64,000 nt of DNA. It comes from a virus. The position numbers and the translations under genes are program-made. Below, one piece after another: positions 1-9,247 of this stretch. The stretch's first letter is position 1, and every line of letters begins with the position of its first letter. The notes below the pieces were generated by a model that made no database searches, was not told where the DNA came from, and worked only from the letters and a program-made list of their open reading frames with translations. The stretch covers positions 9,513 to 73,512 of the IMG/VR virus record IMGVR_UViG_3300035156_000198, one strand, 5' to 3'.

Positions 1-125
1 CGGTCGGCCTCGGCATCGGGTCGGGCGCCTCGGTCATCGTGTGGTGCCTCTCGTGGTGGTGGTGGCGGGGGAGGGTGCCGGCGGCCCCCGGGGGAGGGTG
101 CCGCCGGCCGAGGTGGTGCTCAGGC

Positions 126-1148
126 TCAGGCGTCGGTGAGCACCCGCGACAGGTTCCAGGCCGCGTCGCGCAACGGCTGGTCGCCACCGAGAATCGACCG
201 CTCGGCGCGCTTGATGGCCGCGGCCTCGGTCGACTCGGTGCCGCCCTGCACCGGCGCCATGTGGTCGAGGTACTCGGTGATGGCCTGCAGGCCGGCCCAC
301 GCGGTGCCCCGAATGTTGGCTTGCGTGTCGGCGTCGGCCCACAGCTGCACCAGCTTGTCGGTGCGCTTCTTGTGGCTGGTGACGGTGCGCTTCCCGGCGT
401 CGGGGTCGAGCTTGCCGAACACCCCGTCGATGATGCCGATGAACTCGGCCTCGGTCTGCGTCTGCTGGATCATCGCCTCGGCCTCGGCCTGGAACGTCGA
501 GAATCCGTCGATGGCCAGGCCCATCTGCTGCCGGGCCTTCTCCACCATGCCGGTCTGGCCGCTGGTGTGCCTGATGCTGGCGGCGCCGACGGCGCTGGCC
601 TCGCCGCGCCGCTGGGTGTTCTTGCACACCGTGCGGACCTCGGTGGCGTAGAACCGGGTCGAGCGGCTGCCGTCGTGCGAGGTCACCGCGGCGATGAACA
701 GGTCGAGCTGGTCGACGCCGCCAATCTTCATGCCCTCGGGCATCTTCGTGGTGACGAAGACCTCGCGGCCGCCGCGCATGCTGCCGGCCGTCTCGATGTT
801 GCCGTGCGTCTCGTGCACCAGGGCGTCGAGGAAGTCGGTCAGCTCCTCGTTGTGGAACGGCTGCCACTGCTCGCCGACGGCGCTGCCGATCAGCTGCTCG
901 GCGCCGGTGAAGGGGTTGTCGCGCACCACGGTGTACGACCCGGTGGGCACCAGCTCGCCGTTCAGCATGACCATGCTGGGCACCTTGCGCAGATTCCAGC
1001 CGGCCAGGTGTGCGTGCTTCAGGGCGACCTCGGCGGTGAGCGGGGTGCCGACCAGCTCGCGGGGGAGGTTGTTCAGGCGGTGCCAGGCGTCGTCGCGGGT
1101 GTCGACGAAAGCGACCTCGGTGCCGTGCTGCTCAAGTTCGTGTGCCAT
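126..1148 (-). CDS. DUF932 family (phage/plasmid-like) protein
   Basis: Recognisable motifs (AWHRL...LTAEVALKHAHLAGW, VGEQWQPFHNEE, IETAGSMRGGREVF, SHDGS, EVRTVCKNT, IRHT, GTAWAGLQAITEYLDH). Start moved to the ATG at 1148, behind a GAAAGG RBS. Confidence 0.85.
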   Translation of the reverse strand: MAHELEQHGTEVAFVDTRDDAWHRLNNLPRELVGTPLTAEVALKHAHLAGWNLRKVPSMVMLNGELVPTGSYTVVRDNPFTGAEQLIGSAVGEQWQPFHNEELTDFLDALVHETHGNIETAGSMRGGREVFVTTKMPEGMKIGGVDQLDLFIAAVTSHDGSRSTRFYATEVRTVCKNTQRRGEASAVGAASIRHTSGQTGMVEKARQQMGLAIDGFSTFQAEAEAMIQQTQTEAEFIGIIDGVFGKLDPDAGKRTVTSHKKRTDKLVQLWADADTQANIRGTAWAGLQAITEYLDHMAPVQGGTESTEAAAIKRAERSILGGDQPLRDAAWNLSRVLTDA

Positions 1149-1193
1149 GAGGGTGATGCCTTTCGGGTGGTGGTGAGTGGGTCGAACAATGCA

Positions 1194-1237
1194 AGCATAA
1201 CGCATGCCAGGTTAGACGCAAGCCCCTGTCTAGACCA
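1194..1237 (-). promoter_or_regulatory. SigA-type promoter TTGCGT-N16-TATGCT with upstream palindromic box
   Basis: -35 at 1221-1216 and -10 at 1199-1194 on the minus strand; CTGTCTAGACCA at 1226-1237. Confidence 0.6.
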
Positions 1238-1252
1238 GGGCTCGAGGATCGG

Positions 1253-1684
1253 TCAGAAGCCCCCCACGACGCGGCCGTCAAGCTCGCGGGCGATGGTGTC
1301 GAGCTGGGCCCGCTTCGGGCCGGTCACCGCCCAGTTCGTGCCGACCACCACGGGCGCGAAACCCTTGGCGATGTCGGCCCAGCTGTCGCGGGCCTCGGGC
1401 CCCTCGAACAGCCACATCTCCGCGGGGCCGCACGTCGCGCCGTCGCTGGTCAGCATCTCCAGCTCGCCGGCCGGCAGGTGCCGCGGCCGCCGGCCCTGGC
1501 AGGCGACCTCGGCCACCTGGTCGAGCGTGAGCAGCTCGGGCGCCGCCGCGCTGCTGCTGGCCACCGCCGAGGCCGACTCGGCGGCCTGGTCGACCGAGGG
1601 CCCAGCACCGCCGCCGCAGCTGGTGAGGGTCACGGCGGCCAGGAGGGCGGCCGCCGAGCGGGTGAGAGTGGTTCTGCGTGCCAT
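1253..1684 (-). CDS. Putative lipoprotein
   Basis: MARRTTLTRSAAALLAAVTLTS-C: basic N-terminus, hydrophobic stretch, lipobox LTSC, Ala/Ser linker. GAAAGG RBS. Confidence 0.7.
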   Translation of the reverse strand: MARRTTLTRSAAALLAAVTLTSCGGGAGPSVDQAAESASAVASSSAAAPELLTLDQVAEVACQGRRPRHLPAGELEMLTSDGATCGPAEMWLFEGPEARDSWADIAKGFAPVVVGTNWAVTGPKRAQLDTIARELDGRVVGGF

Positions 1685-1716
1685 GAGCTTGCCTTTCAGG
1701 TGAGCGGCCATCTGCC

Positions 1717-1733
1717 GTCAATGGGTAGTTGAC
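1717..1733. promoter_or_regulatory. GTCAA-N7-TTGAC palindromic operator, copy 1 of 5
   Basis: GTCAAtgggtagTTGAC, intergenic. Confidence 0.55.
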
Positions 1734-1751
1734 ACCAGAGAGCCGACGGTG

Positions 1752-1781
1752 AGGGGCCCCGAGCGGTTGCCCGGGGCCCCT
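1752..1781. terminator. GC-rich hairpin, probable terminator
   Basis: aggggccccg / cggggcccct inverted repeat just past the stop of the 1784 gene. Confidence 0.45.
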
Positions 1782-1783
1782 GG

Positions 1784-2209
1784 TCAGGGCCCGGAGACAG
1801 AAGCCTCCGGGTCGGTGTGATGGTCGGGGTCGGGGCACGTCGCCGGGTGACAGTGACGCGCGCACGCCTTGTTCTCGATGTGGCAGCGGCCGCACTCCGG
1901 CCGCGGCACGCCCGGGCCGACCAGGTGGGCGAGCAGCTCGCCGGTCACGGCCAGCATCGGCGACGAGAGACGTTGCGGCGGCCCAGCTGGGCGCACCCCT
2001 TCGTCGCCGGCGCCGGCCAGGCGGTAGTAGGTGATCACGAACGGCTCGGGCTGCAGCTCGGGCACGTGCCCGATGGTCCAGGTGCCGGTGTCGCCGGTGA
2101 CGATGACCAGGCCGGCGTCGAACCCGTGCCCGACGCCGGCGGCGTCGAGGGCCTCGACCACCGGGCCGAGCCCGAGCACGTCGGCCGGGGTCAGCTCGCC
2201 GGCGGTCAC
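1784..2209 (-). CDS. Hypothetical protein with C-terminal Cys/His cluster
   Basis: GTG start overlaps the upstream stop (GTGA); CGRCH...CARHCHPATC. Confidence 0.6.
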   Translation of the reverse strand: MTAGELTPADVLGLGPVVEALDAAGVGHGFDAGLVIVTGDTGTWTIGHVPELQPEPFVITYYRLAGAGDEGVRPAGPPQRLSSPMLAVTGELLAHLVGPGVPRPECGRCHIENKACARHCHPATCPDPDHHTDPEASVSGP

Positions 2210-2595
2210 CAGGTCACCGCCGCGGTCAGGTCGCGCCGGGCGATGAGGTCGAGGTCCTCGGTGTCCAGCTCGCGCGCGTGGTGGGCGCACAGCTGCACCG
2301 TGACGTGCCCCCACTTGTCGCGGCCCGGGTCGTCGCCGGGGTCATTGTCGGGCCCGTCGTGCAGGCACGCCGCCCGGTAGGCCTCCCATGCGGTGGCCTG
2401 GTCGACCCCGAGCGCGGTCATCTGCCCGTCGACCATCATGGCCACGTACGACGCGGCCTGGCCGTCGTCGTAGGTCAGCTCGACGGTGGCCCGGTCGCTG
2501 CACGGCATCGAGTCGCGGCTGCCGTCGAAGTCGGTGAAGTGGTCCTCACCCTCGCATCGGTCGGCGTCGGTGACGCGGGTGGTGTTCAGATTCAT
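2206..2595 (-). CDS. Hypothetical protein
   Basis: ATG at 2595 overlaps the upstream stop (ATGA); RBS GAAAGG. Confidence 0.6.
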   Translation of the reverse strand: MNLNTTRVTDADRCEGEDHFTDFDGSRDSMPCSDRATVELTYDDGQAASYVAMMVDGQMTALGVDQATAWEAYRAACLHDGPDNDPGDDPGRDKWGHVTVQLCAHHARELDTEDLDLIARRDLTAAVTW

Positions 2596-2885
2596 CGGGT
2601 GCTGCCTTTCGTGGTGGTGGTGGTGCGGTTGGCTTCGTGGTGCTCGGTGAGCCACGCGAGGGTGCCCTTCATGGTCTGGGCCTGCGCCGACTGGTGGTTC
2701 AGTCGGGCGCCGTCGGCGTCGAGCTGGCGGGCGATGGCCTCACGGGTGGCCTGGTCCTCGCCGGCGAGGTTGTCGGCTGCCCACTGGTAGCCCAGCCGGC
2801 GGTACTTGTCGCCGCGGCGGTGCTCGGCGTCGGCCGAGGCGTAGTCGCGGCCCTTGTGGTCGGTGCCGCGTGCCACGCCGGTCAC
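2592..2885 (-). CDS. Hypothetical protein
   Basis: 97 aa; 4-bp stop/start overlaps at both ends. Confidence 0.6.
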   Translation of the reverse strand: MTGVARGTDHKGRDYASADAEHRRGDKYRRLGYQWAADNLAGEDQATREAIARQLDADGARLNHQSAQAQTMKGTLAWLTEHHEANRTTTTTKGSTR

Positions 2886-3178
2886 TTGCCGAACTTCTGC
2901 TGGGCGGCCTGGCGGGTCATGCCCAGCTCGCGGCCGACCTCGGTCCAGCTGTAGCCGAACTCGCCGTCGTGCAGGCCCTTGGCCGCGGCGACCATGGCGG
3001 CGTCGATGTCGGCGCGGGCCTGTGCCAGCGCGGAGAGGGCCTCAAGGTCGCCGGCCTCGGCGCGGCGGGCCATGCCTCGGGCGACGCGGCCGATCATGGC
3101 GGCCATGTCGGGGGCCTCGTAGGACTTCTTGGCGCGCTTGGCGGTGGTGCGGGTGGCGGTGGTGGTCGTCGTCGTCAT
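2882..3178 (-). CDS. Helix-turn-helix DNA-binding protein
   Basis: C-terminal YSWTEVGRELGMTRQAAQQKFG is an HTH signature. Leaderless ATG 6 nt after a -10 box. Confidence 0.8.
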   Translation of the reverse strand: MTTTTTTATRTTAKRAKKSYEAPDMAAMIGRVARGMARRAEAGDLEALSALAQARADIDAAMVAAAKGLHDGEFGYSWTEVGRELGMTRQAAQQKFGK

Positions 3179-3184
3179 GTGTCT

Positions 3185-3249
3185 ATCTTGAGCCCTGGAG
3201 CTCGGAAACACAAGCCCTAGGCCCCATTAGTTTCTAGTGGCCTAGACCA
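3185..3249 (-). promoter_or_regulatory. Leaderless promoter TTGTGT-N17-CAAGAT plus TGGCCTAGACCA box
   Basis: Near-duplicate of the promoter at 37661-37701; box at 3238-3249. Confidence 0.65.
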
Positions 3250-3325
3250 CCCCCCGACCGTCTACCCTGGTGGGGGCCCCACACCCCCTACCACCAGGCA
3301 CGGGGCCCACGACGGAGGCACCACG

Positions 3326-3787
3326 ATGGGAAAGCGCGGACCCGCCAAGAAGCCAACGAACCTCGCCCTGCTCCACGGCGACCGACCCTCACGGGTCAAC
3401 CTCGACGCACCCCCCGGCCCCGACGGCCACGCCGAGCCACCCCCCGACATGCCCGCCGACGTGCGCGCCGTCTGGGACTACACCGTGCAGCAGCTCGACG
3501 TGATGCGGCTGGCCTCACCAGCTGACCGCGACGCCCTGGCCTGCTACTGCGAAGCGGTCGTGACCCACCGGAAAGCCTCGGCCCTGGTCGCCAAGGCCGG
3601 CGTCCTGGTGAGCCCCTCACGCGGCACCGTCCCGGTCAGGAACCCCGCCCTGGCCGCCCAACGCGACGCCGCCATCCTGGTGCGCGTGTACGCCCGCGAG
3701 TTCGGCCTGACCCCCTCGGCCCGGTCCGAGCTGACCGCCGGCGACCGCCGCGACACCGCCGGCAGTGCCGCCCGACTCCTGTCCTAG
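3326..3787 (+). CDS. terS: Terminase small subunit (P27 family)
   Basis: MGKRGPAKKPTNLALLHGD...PPPDMPADVRAVW...LACYC...RNPAL...EFGLTPSARSEL; directly precedes terL. Confidence 0.92.
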   Translation: MGKRGPAKKPTNLALLHGDRPSRVNLDAPPGPDGHAEPPPDMPADVRAVWDYTVQQLDVMRLASPADRDALACYCEAVVTHRKASALVAKAGVLVSPSRGTVPVRNPALAAQRDAAILVRVYAREFGLTPSARSELTAGDRRDTAGSAARLLS

Positions 3788-3789
3788 CC

Positions 3790-5478
3790 GTGACCGTCGA
3801 GGCCCCCCCGAGGCCGACCCGGCGCCCATCCGGCCGCCGGCCGCCGACCAAGCTGCCCCGGTGCGGGTTCACCATGGACGGCCGTACCTGCCGCCGGCGC
3901 GGCGACCACCTGTGCAAGCCGCGCGCCGACCACGTGAGCGCGTTTTTCGGCGAGCTGCTGGTGCACACGAAAGGCCGATGGGCCAGGCACCCGTTCCTGC
4001 TCGAACAGTGGCAGGCCGACGACATCGTGCGGCCGGTGTTCGGCACGGTCATCTACGACGCCACCGAGGCCCGCTACGTGCGGCGCTACAACATCGTGTG
4101 GATCGAGGTCGCCCGCAAGAACGGGAAGTCCGAGCTGCTCGCCGGCATCGCCCTGTACCTGCTGGTCGCCGACCACGAGGAAGGCGCCGAAATCTACGGG
4201 TGCGCCAAGGACCGCGACCAGGCCCGCAAGGTGTTCGACGTGGCGCAACGCATGGTCGAGCTGTCGCCGGTGCTGTCAGCTCGGCTCGACGTGAAGGCCC
4301 AAGCCAAGCGCATCGTGGACCAGGAAACCGGGTCGTTCTACGAGGTCGTCGCCGCCGACGCCGCCGGCAACCTCGGCCACAACCCGCACGGCATCGCGTT
4401 CGATGAAGTGCTCACCCAACCGAACGGCGACCTGTGGGAAGCGATGAAAACCGGCATGGGCACCAGGTCGCAGCCGATGCTGGTGGCCGCCACGACCGCC
4501 GGGAACGACCCGGCATCGTTCGCCAAGAGCGAGCACGACGAGATGATGCGCATTCTCGAGGACCCGTCCCGGTCGCCGCGCACGTTCGTCTACATCAGGA
4601 ACGTGCACAAGGACGCCGACCCGTGGGACGAGAGCTTGTGGCCGCAAGGGAACCCCGGCCTCGGGTCGTTCCTGAAGTGGGAGACGTTGCGCAGCGAGGC
4701 CGTCGAGGCCCGGTCGAACAAGCGCAAGGAGAACAGCTTCCGGCAGTTCCGGCTGAACCAGTGGGTGCAGCAGACCACCCGCTACATCAGCCTCGACCAG
4801 TGGGACGCCAACTGCCGCGAGGTCGCCGCGACACCTGACTGGCTCCGCGAGCGGTACGCAGGCGAGAAGTGCTGGGCCGGCCTGGACCTGTCATCGAAGC
4901 TCGACATGACCGCCTGGACGCTCCTGTTCGGCGACGGCACGATCATGTGGCGGTTTTGGATGCCCGAGTCGGTCGTGCCGATGCTCGACAAGCACACCGA
5001 CGGCCAGGTCGGCCGGTGGGTCGAGGACGGGTGGATCGTGGCCACCGAGGGCGACGTGATCGACTACGAGGCCATCTACACCGCCGTCGAGGCCGACGCC
5101 GAGCACTTCGCCATCGCCTCGGTCGACTACGACAAGTGGAGCGGCGAGCCGGTGCGGCAAGCCATCGAGGCCCGCACCGGCCTGGACGTGATGCACGAGT
5201 CGTCCACCACCTACGAGCGCATGACCCAACCGATGAAAGAGCTGATGAGGGCGCTCAAGGCCGGCGAGCTGAACCATGCCGGCAACCCCGTGGCCCGCTG
5301 GATGGCAGACTGTCTGGAGGCGAAGAGCCCCTCAGATGACCCCGACCGGGTAAGACCGGTCAAGCCTGACCGGGGTCAAAGCGGCAAGAGGATCGACGGC
5401 ATGGTCACACTGCTACTAGCACTTGACGGCCGGCTGACTGTCGACGCCGACGAGCTGCCGGCGGCCGACATCTTCTAA
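3790..5478 (+). CDS. terL: Terminase large subunit
   Basis: Walker A region EVARKNGKS, Walker B GIAFDE, coupling motif ATTAG, nuclease acidic residues GLDLSSKLD, DYDKW, KRIDG. Confidence 0.96.
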   Translation: MTVEAPPRPTRRPSGRRPPTKLPRCGFTMDGRTCRRRGDHLCKPRADHVSAFFGELLVHTKGRWARHPFLLEQWQADDIVRPVFGTVIYDATEARYVRRYNIVWIEVARKNGKSELLAGIALYLLVADHEEGAEIYGCAKDRDQARKVFDVAQRMVELSPVLSARLDVKAQAKRIVDQETGSFYEVVAADAAGNLGHNPHGIAFDEVLTQPNGDLWEAMKTGMGTRSQPMLVAATTAGNDPASFAKSEHDEMMRILEDPSRSPRTFVYIRNVHKDADPWDESLWPQGNPGLGSFLKWETLRSEAVEARSNKRKENSFRQFRLNQWVQQTTRYISLDQWDANCREVAATPDWLRERYAGEKCWAGLDLSSKLDMTAWTLLFGDGTIMWRFWMPESVVPMLDKHTDGQVGRWVEDGWIVATEGDVIDYEAIYTAVEADAEHFAIASVDYDKWSGEPVRQAIEARTGLDVMHESSTTYERMTQPMKELMRALKAGELNHAGNPVARWMADCLEAKSPSDDPDRVRPVKPDRGQSGKRIDGMVTLLLALDGRLTVDADELPAADIF

Positions 5479-5498
5479 GCGCGAGGGAGCACCCCGAA

Positions 5499-5837
5499 AT
5501 GCCACGTCTGGACATGCCCGTCACCACGATCACCCGCGCCGGCGTCGCACCCCCGGCCGAGGTCGTCGGTGACCCGGCGAACAACCACCAGTTCGCCAAC
5601 GATGGCGAGACGTTCCTGATCGTCCGCAACGCCGGCGCCACCGTCGCCCGGGTGGTGTCGGTGGTGTTCTCCCGGTCCGTCGACGGGTTCGTGCCGGCGC
5701 CGCGCACCGTGTCGGTGCCCGTCGGCGCGACCCGCTACCTCGGCACGTATCCACCGGTCGATTACGGCTCGACCGTCGCGGTGAACGTCGACAACGCCGA
5801 GCTTCGCCTGACCGCCCTGTCCACTCAGGGCGCCTAG
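5499..5837 (+). CDS. Hypothetical protein, possibly virion-associated
   Basis: 112 aa, beta-rich, RBS GGGAG, between terL and portal. Confidence 0.6.
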   Translation: MPRLDMPVTTITRAGVAPPAEVVGDPANNHQFANDGETFLIVRNAGATVARVVSVVFSRSVDGFVPAPRTVSVPVGATRYLGTYPPVDYGSTVAVNVDNAELRLTALSTQGA

Positions 5838-5884
5838 CACCCCTGCCGGCCCCCGCAACCGACCGACCGAGAGAGGCGCCCACC

Positions 5885-6076
5885 ATGGCACCAGCACCCC
5901 GCAACTTCGATGAGGACACATCGAGCCCGACGTTCGGCCCAGCCATCGCCAACGTGACCGGCACGCCGGCCGCGACCTACGGGGCCCCCGAGCAGACCAT
6001 GCTCGCCGACCTCATCGCACGGGTGAACGCGATGAACGCCGTGCTCAAGGCCGCCGGGCTCACCGAGCAGGACTAG
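5885..6076 (+). CDS. Small protein resembling head decoration/fibre proteins
   Basis: 63 aa, RBS GAGAGG; C-terminal LADLIARVNAMNAVLKAAGL helix. Confidence 0.5.
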   Translation: MAPAPRNFDEDTSSPTFGPAIANVTGTPAATYGAPEQTMLADLIARVNAMNAVLKAAGLTEQD

Positions 6077-6081
6077 GGCCC

Positions 6082-6324
6082 GTGTCGGATGACTCGGGCG
6101 CCACCAGCCGCATCGACACCCGCGGAGGCCTCCCCCGACGCCGCGTGTGGGCCGCTGACGCCCTCGGCCGTGTCGTGAACCGCCGGCTGCTGGCCGTCAT
6201 GCTGCTGGTCGCCGGCCTGATCGTGGTCACCATCGGCGCGGACATTCTGTGGGGCGACGGGTGGGCGCTGCTCACCCTCGGCGGCATGCTGGTCGCCGCG
6301 TCGCTGCTGATCGGCTGGGAGTAA
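6082..6324 (+). CDS. Small two-TM membrane protein
   Basis: Two hydrophobic segments; directly upstream of portal. Confidence 0.65.
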   Translation: MSDDSGATSRIDTRGGLPRRRVWAADALGRVVNRRLLAVMLLVAGLIVVTIGADILWGDGWALLTLGGMLVAASLLIGWE

Positions 6325-6327
6325 CCG

Positions 6328-8355
6328 ATGGCATGGCTCAGACCGTCGACCAAGGCGAGCATCCCGCCGTTCCCGCCTGGCGCCGGCCAGGTCGGCGGCG
6401 GCACCGCGCCGGTCGCCGGCGGCGCGTTCCTCGACTGGATCGGCCCCAACCCCAACGCGCTGTATCCCGAGCCTGACTTCCTCACTGCCGCCGATGTCGG
6501 GTTCACCCGCAACGAGCTGGTCTACGCATGCATCATGGAGAAGGCCACCAGCCTGCCCGACGCATCGTTCCGGGTGTACGGCGCCGACGGCCAGGGCGAG
6601 GCCCGCGAGAGCCACCCGCTACGCCGGCTGATGGCCACCCCGAACCCCTCGATGACCGAGTTCGAGCTGCTGGAGCTGACCAGCATCTACATGGACCTCG
6701 CCGGCATCGCGTTCTGGGAAGTGGTGCTCGACCGGCTCGACCAGCCGGCCGAGCTGTGGCCGCTCAGGCCCGACAACGTGCGCATCTGGCCGCAACGCAA
6801 CGGGCGCACCACCTACGGGTACGTCATCGGCGGCGGCCGCGTGGTGCCGCTGGGGGAGAACGTGCTGGCGTTCAAGTACCCGAACCCGACGACGCCGGCG
6901 CTCGGCCAGGCCCCCATGCGCGGCGCGAACCGGGCCGTCGCGCTGGACAATGAGGCCACCGACTTCGTGAAGGCGCTCCTGCAGAACCGGGCGGTGCCGG
7001 GCACCGTCATCGAGACAGAGCAGCGGATAGACGAGGACCTGACCGACCGGCTGACCGCCAAGTGGCTCGACCGGTTCGGCAGGCAGAACCGTGGCGCGCC
7101 GGCGTTCCTGCAGAAAGGCATGAAGGTCCACAGCCTCGGCCTCGACCTCGGGCAACTTGAGTTCCCCGACCTCCGCACCATCAGCGAGTCACGTATTTGC
7201 ATGAGCTTCGGGGTGCCGCCGATCCTGGTGGGCGCGAAGGTCGGCCTCGACCGGTCGACGTTCGCCAACTACGCCGAGGCCCGCCGGTCGCTGTGGGAAG
7301 AGACGTTGCTGCCCCTGCAGAAGCGCATCCAGCAGGTCGTCGTCGCCAAGCTGATGCCGATGGTCGAGACAGGCCCCCGGCCGCGGCGGTCGACGGCACG
7401 GTTCGACAACTCCGAGGTTCTCGCGTTGCGCGAGAGCGAGGCCAACCGGTGGGAGAAGGGCACCAACGCCCTCCGCGCCGGCGGCCTGACCCTCAACCAG
7501 TTCTACCGGTACGTCGGCATGCCCACCATCGGCGCCCAGGGCGACGTGTACCTACGGCCGGCCGGCATCGTGCCCACCGACGCCATCGGCAACGTGCTGG
7601 CCGAGCGTCCGGTGACCAGCTTGACCGCCGGCCCGGCACCAGCTGCAGCCGCGGGAGGCGGAACCACAGGAACGACCAGGGGCATCGAGGCCGCGCCGGC
7701 ACGAAAGCTCGAGCCCCTGCCGGCAGCCAAGGCCGCGGTCCGGGTGATGACCCGGGCCATCGGCGAGGCCGCCGCCCGGCAGGCCGGGGTCGTGCTCGAC
7801 CAGGTGGACGACGCCCTGGCGCTGCTGACCGTCGCCCCCGAGAAGTGGGACGTCCAACGCGACCGCCTGTGGGACACCAAACGGTGGGAGGTCGACCTGA
7901 TGACCGTCATGGAGCCGCACATGCGTCAGGCCGCGGTCGCTGCAGCTCGGTCGGTCGGTGACGCGCCGGTCGGGCCCCTGATGGGCTACATCAGCGCGGC
8001 CGCGCAGAACGAGGCGACCAGGTGGACCGCCACCACCCGCACCGAGCTGGACGCCGCCCTGGTGCTCGGCGGCCCCGACGTGCGAGACAACGTGGAAGCG
8101 GTGTTCGAGCGCGCCAAGGGCGGCCGCGCCGAGCAGCTCGCCCGCGGCGTGGTCACCGAAATGGTCGGGTTCGCCAAGGTCGACACCGCCAAGCGGCTCG
8201 GGTTCGCCCGCAAGACGTGGGCCGCCGACGCCGAAAGCGACGACCATGCCCCCCTCGACGGTGAGACAGTCCCCGTAGGCGAGGCGTTCAGCAACGGCGA
8301 GAAGTGGCCGCGCGGCGCGACGTGCACGTGCGATGTACGAATCACGGAAGGCTGA
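6328..8355 (+). CDS. HK97-type portal protein fused to a MuF-like (minor head) C-terminal domain
   Basis: Portal motifs (VYACI, PNPSMT, GIAFW, LWPLRPD, ICMSFGVPPILVG), then a Pro/Ala linker and RKTW...DDHAPLDGETVPVGEAFSNGEKWP...CTC. Confidence 0.88.
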   Translation: MAWLRPSTKASIPPFPPGAGQVGGGTAPVAGGAFLDWIGPNPNALYPEPDFLTAADVGFTRNELVYACIMEKATSLPDASFRVYGADGQGEARESHPLRRLMATPNPSMTEFELLELTSIYMDLAGIAFWEVVLDRLDQPAELWPLRPDNVRIWPQRNGRTTYGYVIGGGRVVPLGENVLAFKYPNPTTPALGQAPMRGANRAVALDNEATDFVKALLQNRAVPGTVIETEQRIDEDLTDRLTAKWLDRFGRQNRGAPAFLQKGMKVHSLGLDLGQLEFPDLRTISESRICMSFGVPPILVGAKVGLDRSTFANYAEARRSLWEETLLPLQKRIQQVVVAKLMPMVETGPRPRRSTARFDNSEVLALRESEANRWEKGTNALRAGGLTLNQFYRYVGMPTIGAQGDVYLRPAGIVPTDAIGNVLAERPVTSLTAGPAPAAAAGGGTTGTTRGIEAAPARKLEPLPAAKAAVRVMTRAIGEAAARQAGVVLDQVDDALALLTVAPEKWDVQRDRLWDTKRWEVDLMTVMEPHMRQAAVAAARSVGDAPVGPLMGYISAAAQNEATRWTATTRTELDAALVLGGPDVRDNVEAVFERAKGGRAEQLARGVVTEMVGFAKVDTAKRLGFARKTWAADAESDDHAPLDGETVPVGEAFSNGEKWPRGATCTCDVRITEG

Positions 8356-8359
8356 CCCG

Positions 8360-9235
8360 ATGACACTGCAAACCCTGGTCGTACCGATCGAGTGGAAGGC
8401 CGACGACAAGGACGCCGGCGTCATGGTCGGCTACGCCTCGACGTTCGGAAACGTCGACCTCGGCGGCGACGTGGTGATGCCCGGCGCGTTCGACAAGAGC
8501 ATCGCCGACATCAAGGCCGACGGCATCCCGCTGCTCGCCGACCACCTGGCCGCCACGTCGCACGTGCTCGGCACCATCTACGACGCCCTCGCCGACGACA
8601 AGGGCCTGAAAATCTGGGCCAGGTTGAGCAAGGCACCGTCCGCGGTCGACACCACCACGAAGATGCGCGAGGGGCACCTAGGCAAGCTGTCCATCGGCTA
8701 CGAGACGATGGATGACAGCTTCGAGGACCGCGACGGCATGCGGGTGCGGCTGCTCAACGATGTGAAGCTGTGGGAGACCTCGGTGGTGGTGTTCCCCATG
8801 AACCCGAAGGCGGCCATCACCGGCGTGAAGTCGCTGCTCGGCGCCATGGTCGCCGGCGGTGTCGGCACCCCCGAAGAGTTCGCCGCCGAGGCCAAGGCCG
8901 AGCACGTCAAGGCCGCCGCCGGCGGCGAGGGCCTGTCGACCCTCGACGCCTGGCGCATTGAATACGCGGTGGAGACGAAGACCGGCGTACCCTCATCGCA
9001 GCCGGCTCCCGCAGAGCCGGGTCGGGCCTCCGCAGGGCCCACCAGCACGGAGGCCCCGCCCTCGGGTGAGGTCAAGAGCACGCCCACCGACGCCGGCGAC
9101 CAGCCGACGAAGTGGGATCGGCTCAAGAGCGAGGCGCTCCTGGCCGACCGCCCGACCGGCGAAATCGACGCCACCACTCGGGCCGCCCTGAAAACCTCTC
9201 TGGAGCTGGCCGAGAGCCAGCTGCCCCGCGACTAG
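8360..9235 (+). CDS. Prohead protease (HK97 family)
   Basis: GYASTFGNVDLGGDVVMPGAF, LLADH, LSIGY, LWETSVVVFPMNPKA; long C-terminal extension. Confidence 0.92.
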   Translation: MTLQTLVVPIEWKADDKDAGVMVGYASTFGNVDLGGDVVMPGAFDKSIADIKADGIPLLADHLAATSHVLGTIYDALADDKGLKIWARLSKAPSAVDTTTKMREGHLGKLSIGYETMDDSFEDRDGMRVRLLNDVKLWETSVVVFPMNPKAAITGVKSLLGAMVAGGVGTPEEFAAEAKAEHVKAAAGGEGLSTLDAWRIEYAVETKTGVPSSQPAPAEPGRASAGPTSTEAPPSGEVKSTPTDAGDQPTKWDRLKSEALLADRPTGEIDATTRAALKTSLELAESQLPRD

Positions 9236-9247
9236 GAGACACCCCCC

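Noticed and set aside
39-1703. 554-aa plus-strand ORF and other long antisense ORFs (27019-28842, 29862-31688, 29890-31980, 58027-59916)
   Set aside because: They are shadows of real genes on the opposite strand, expected in GC-rich DNA with few stops; no motifs or RBS.
3190-3325. cos site upstream of terS
   Set aside because: Plausible for an HK97-type terminase, but no cohesive-end sequence can be identified without read-terminus data, and the region is explained by promoters.
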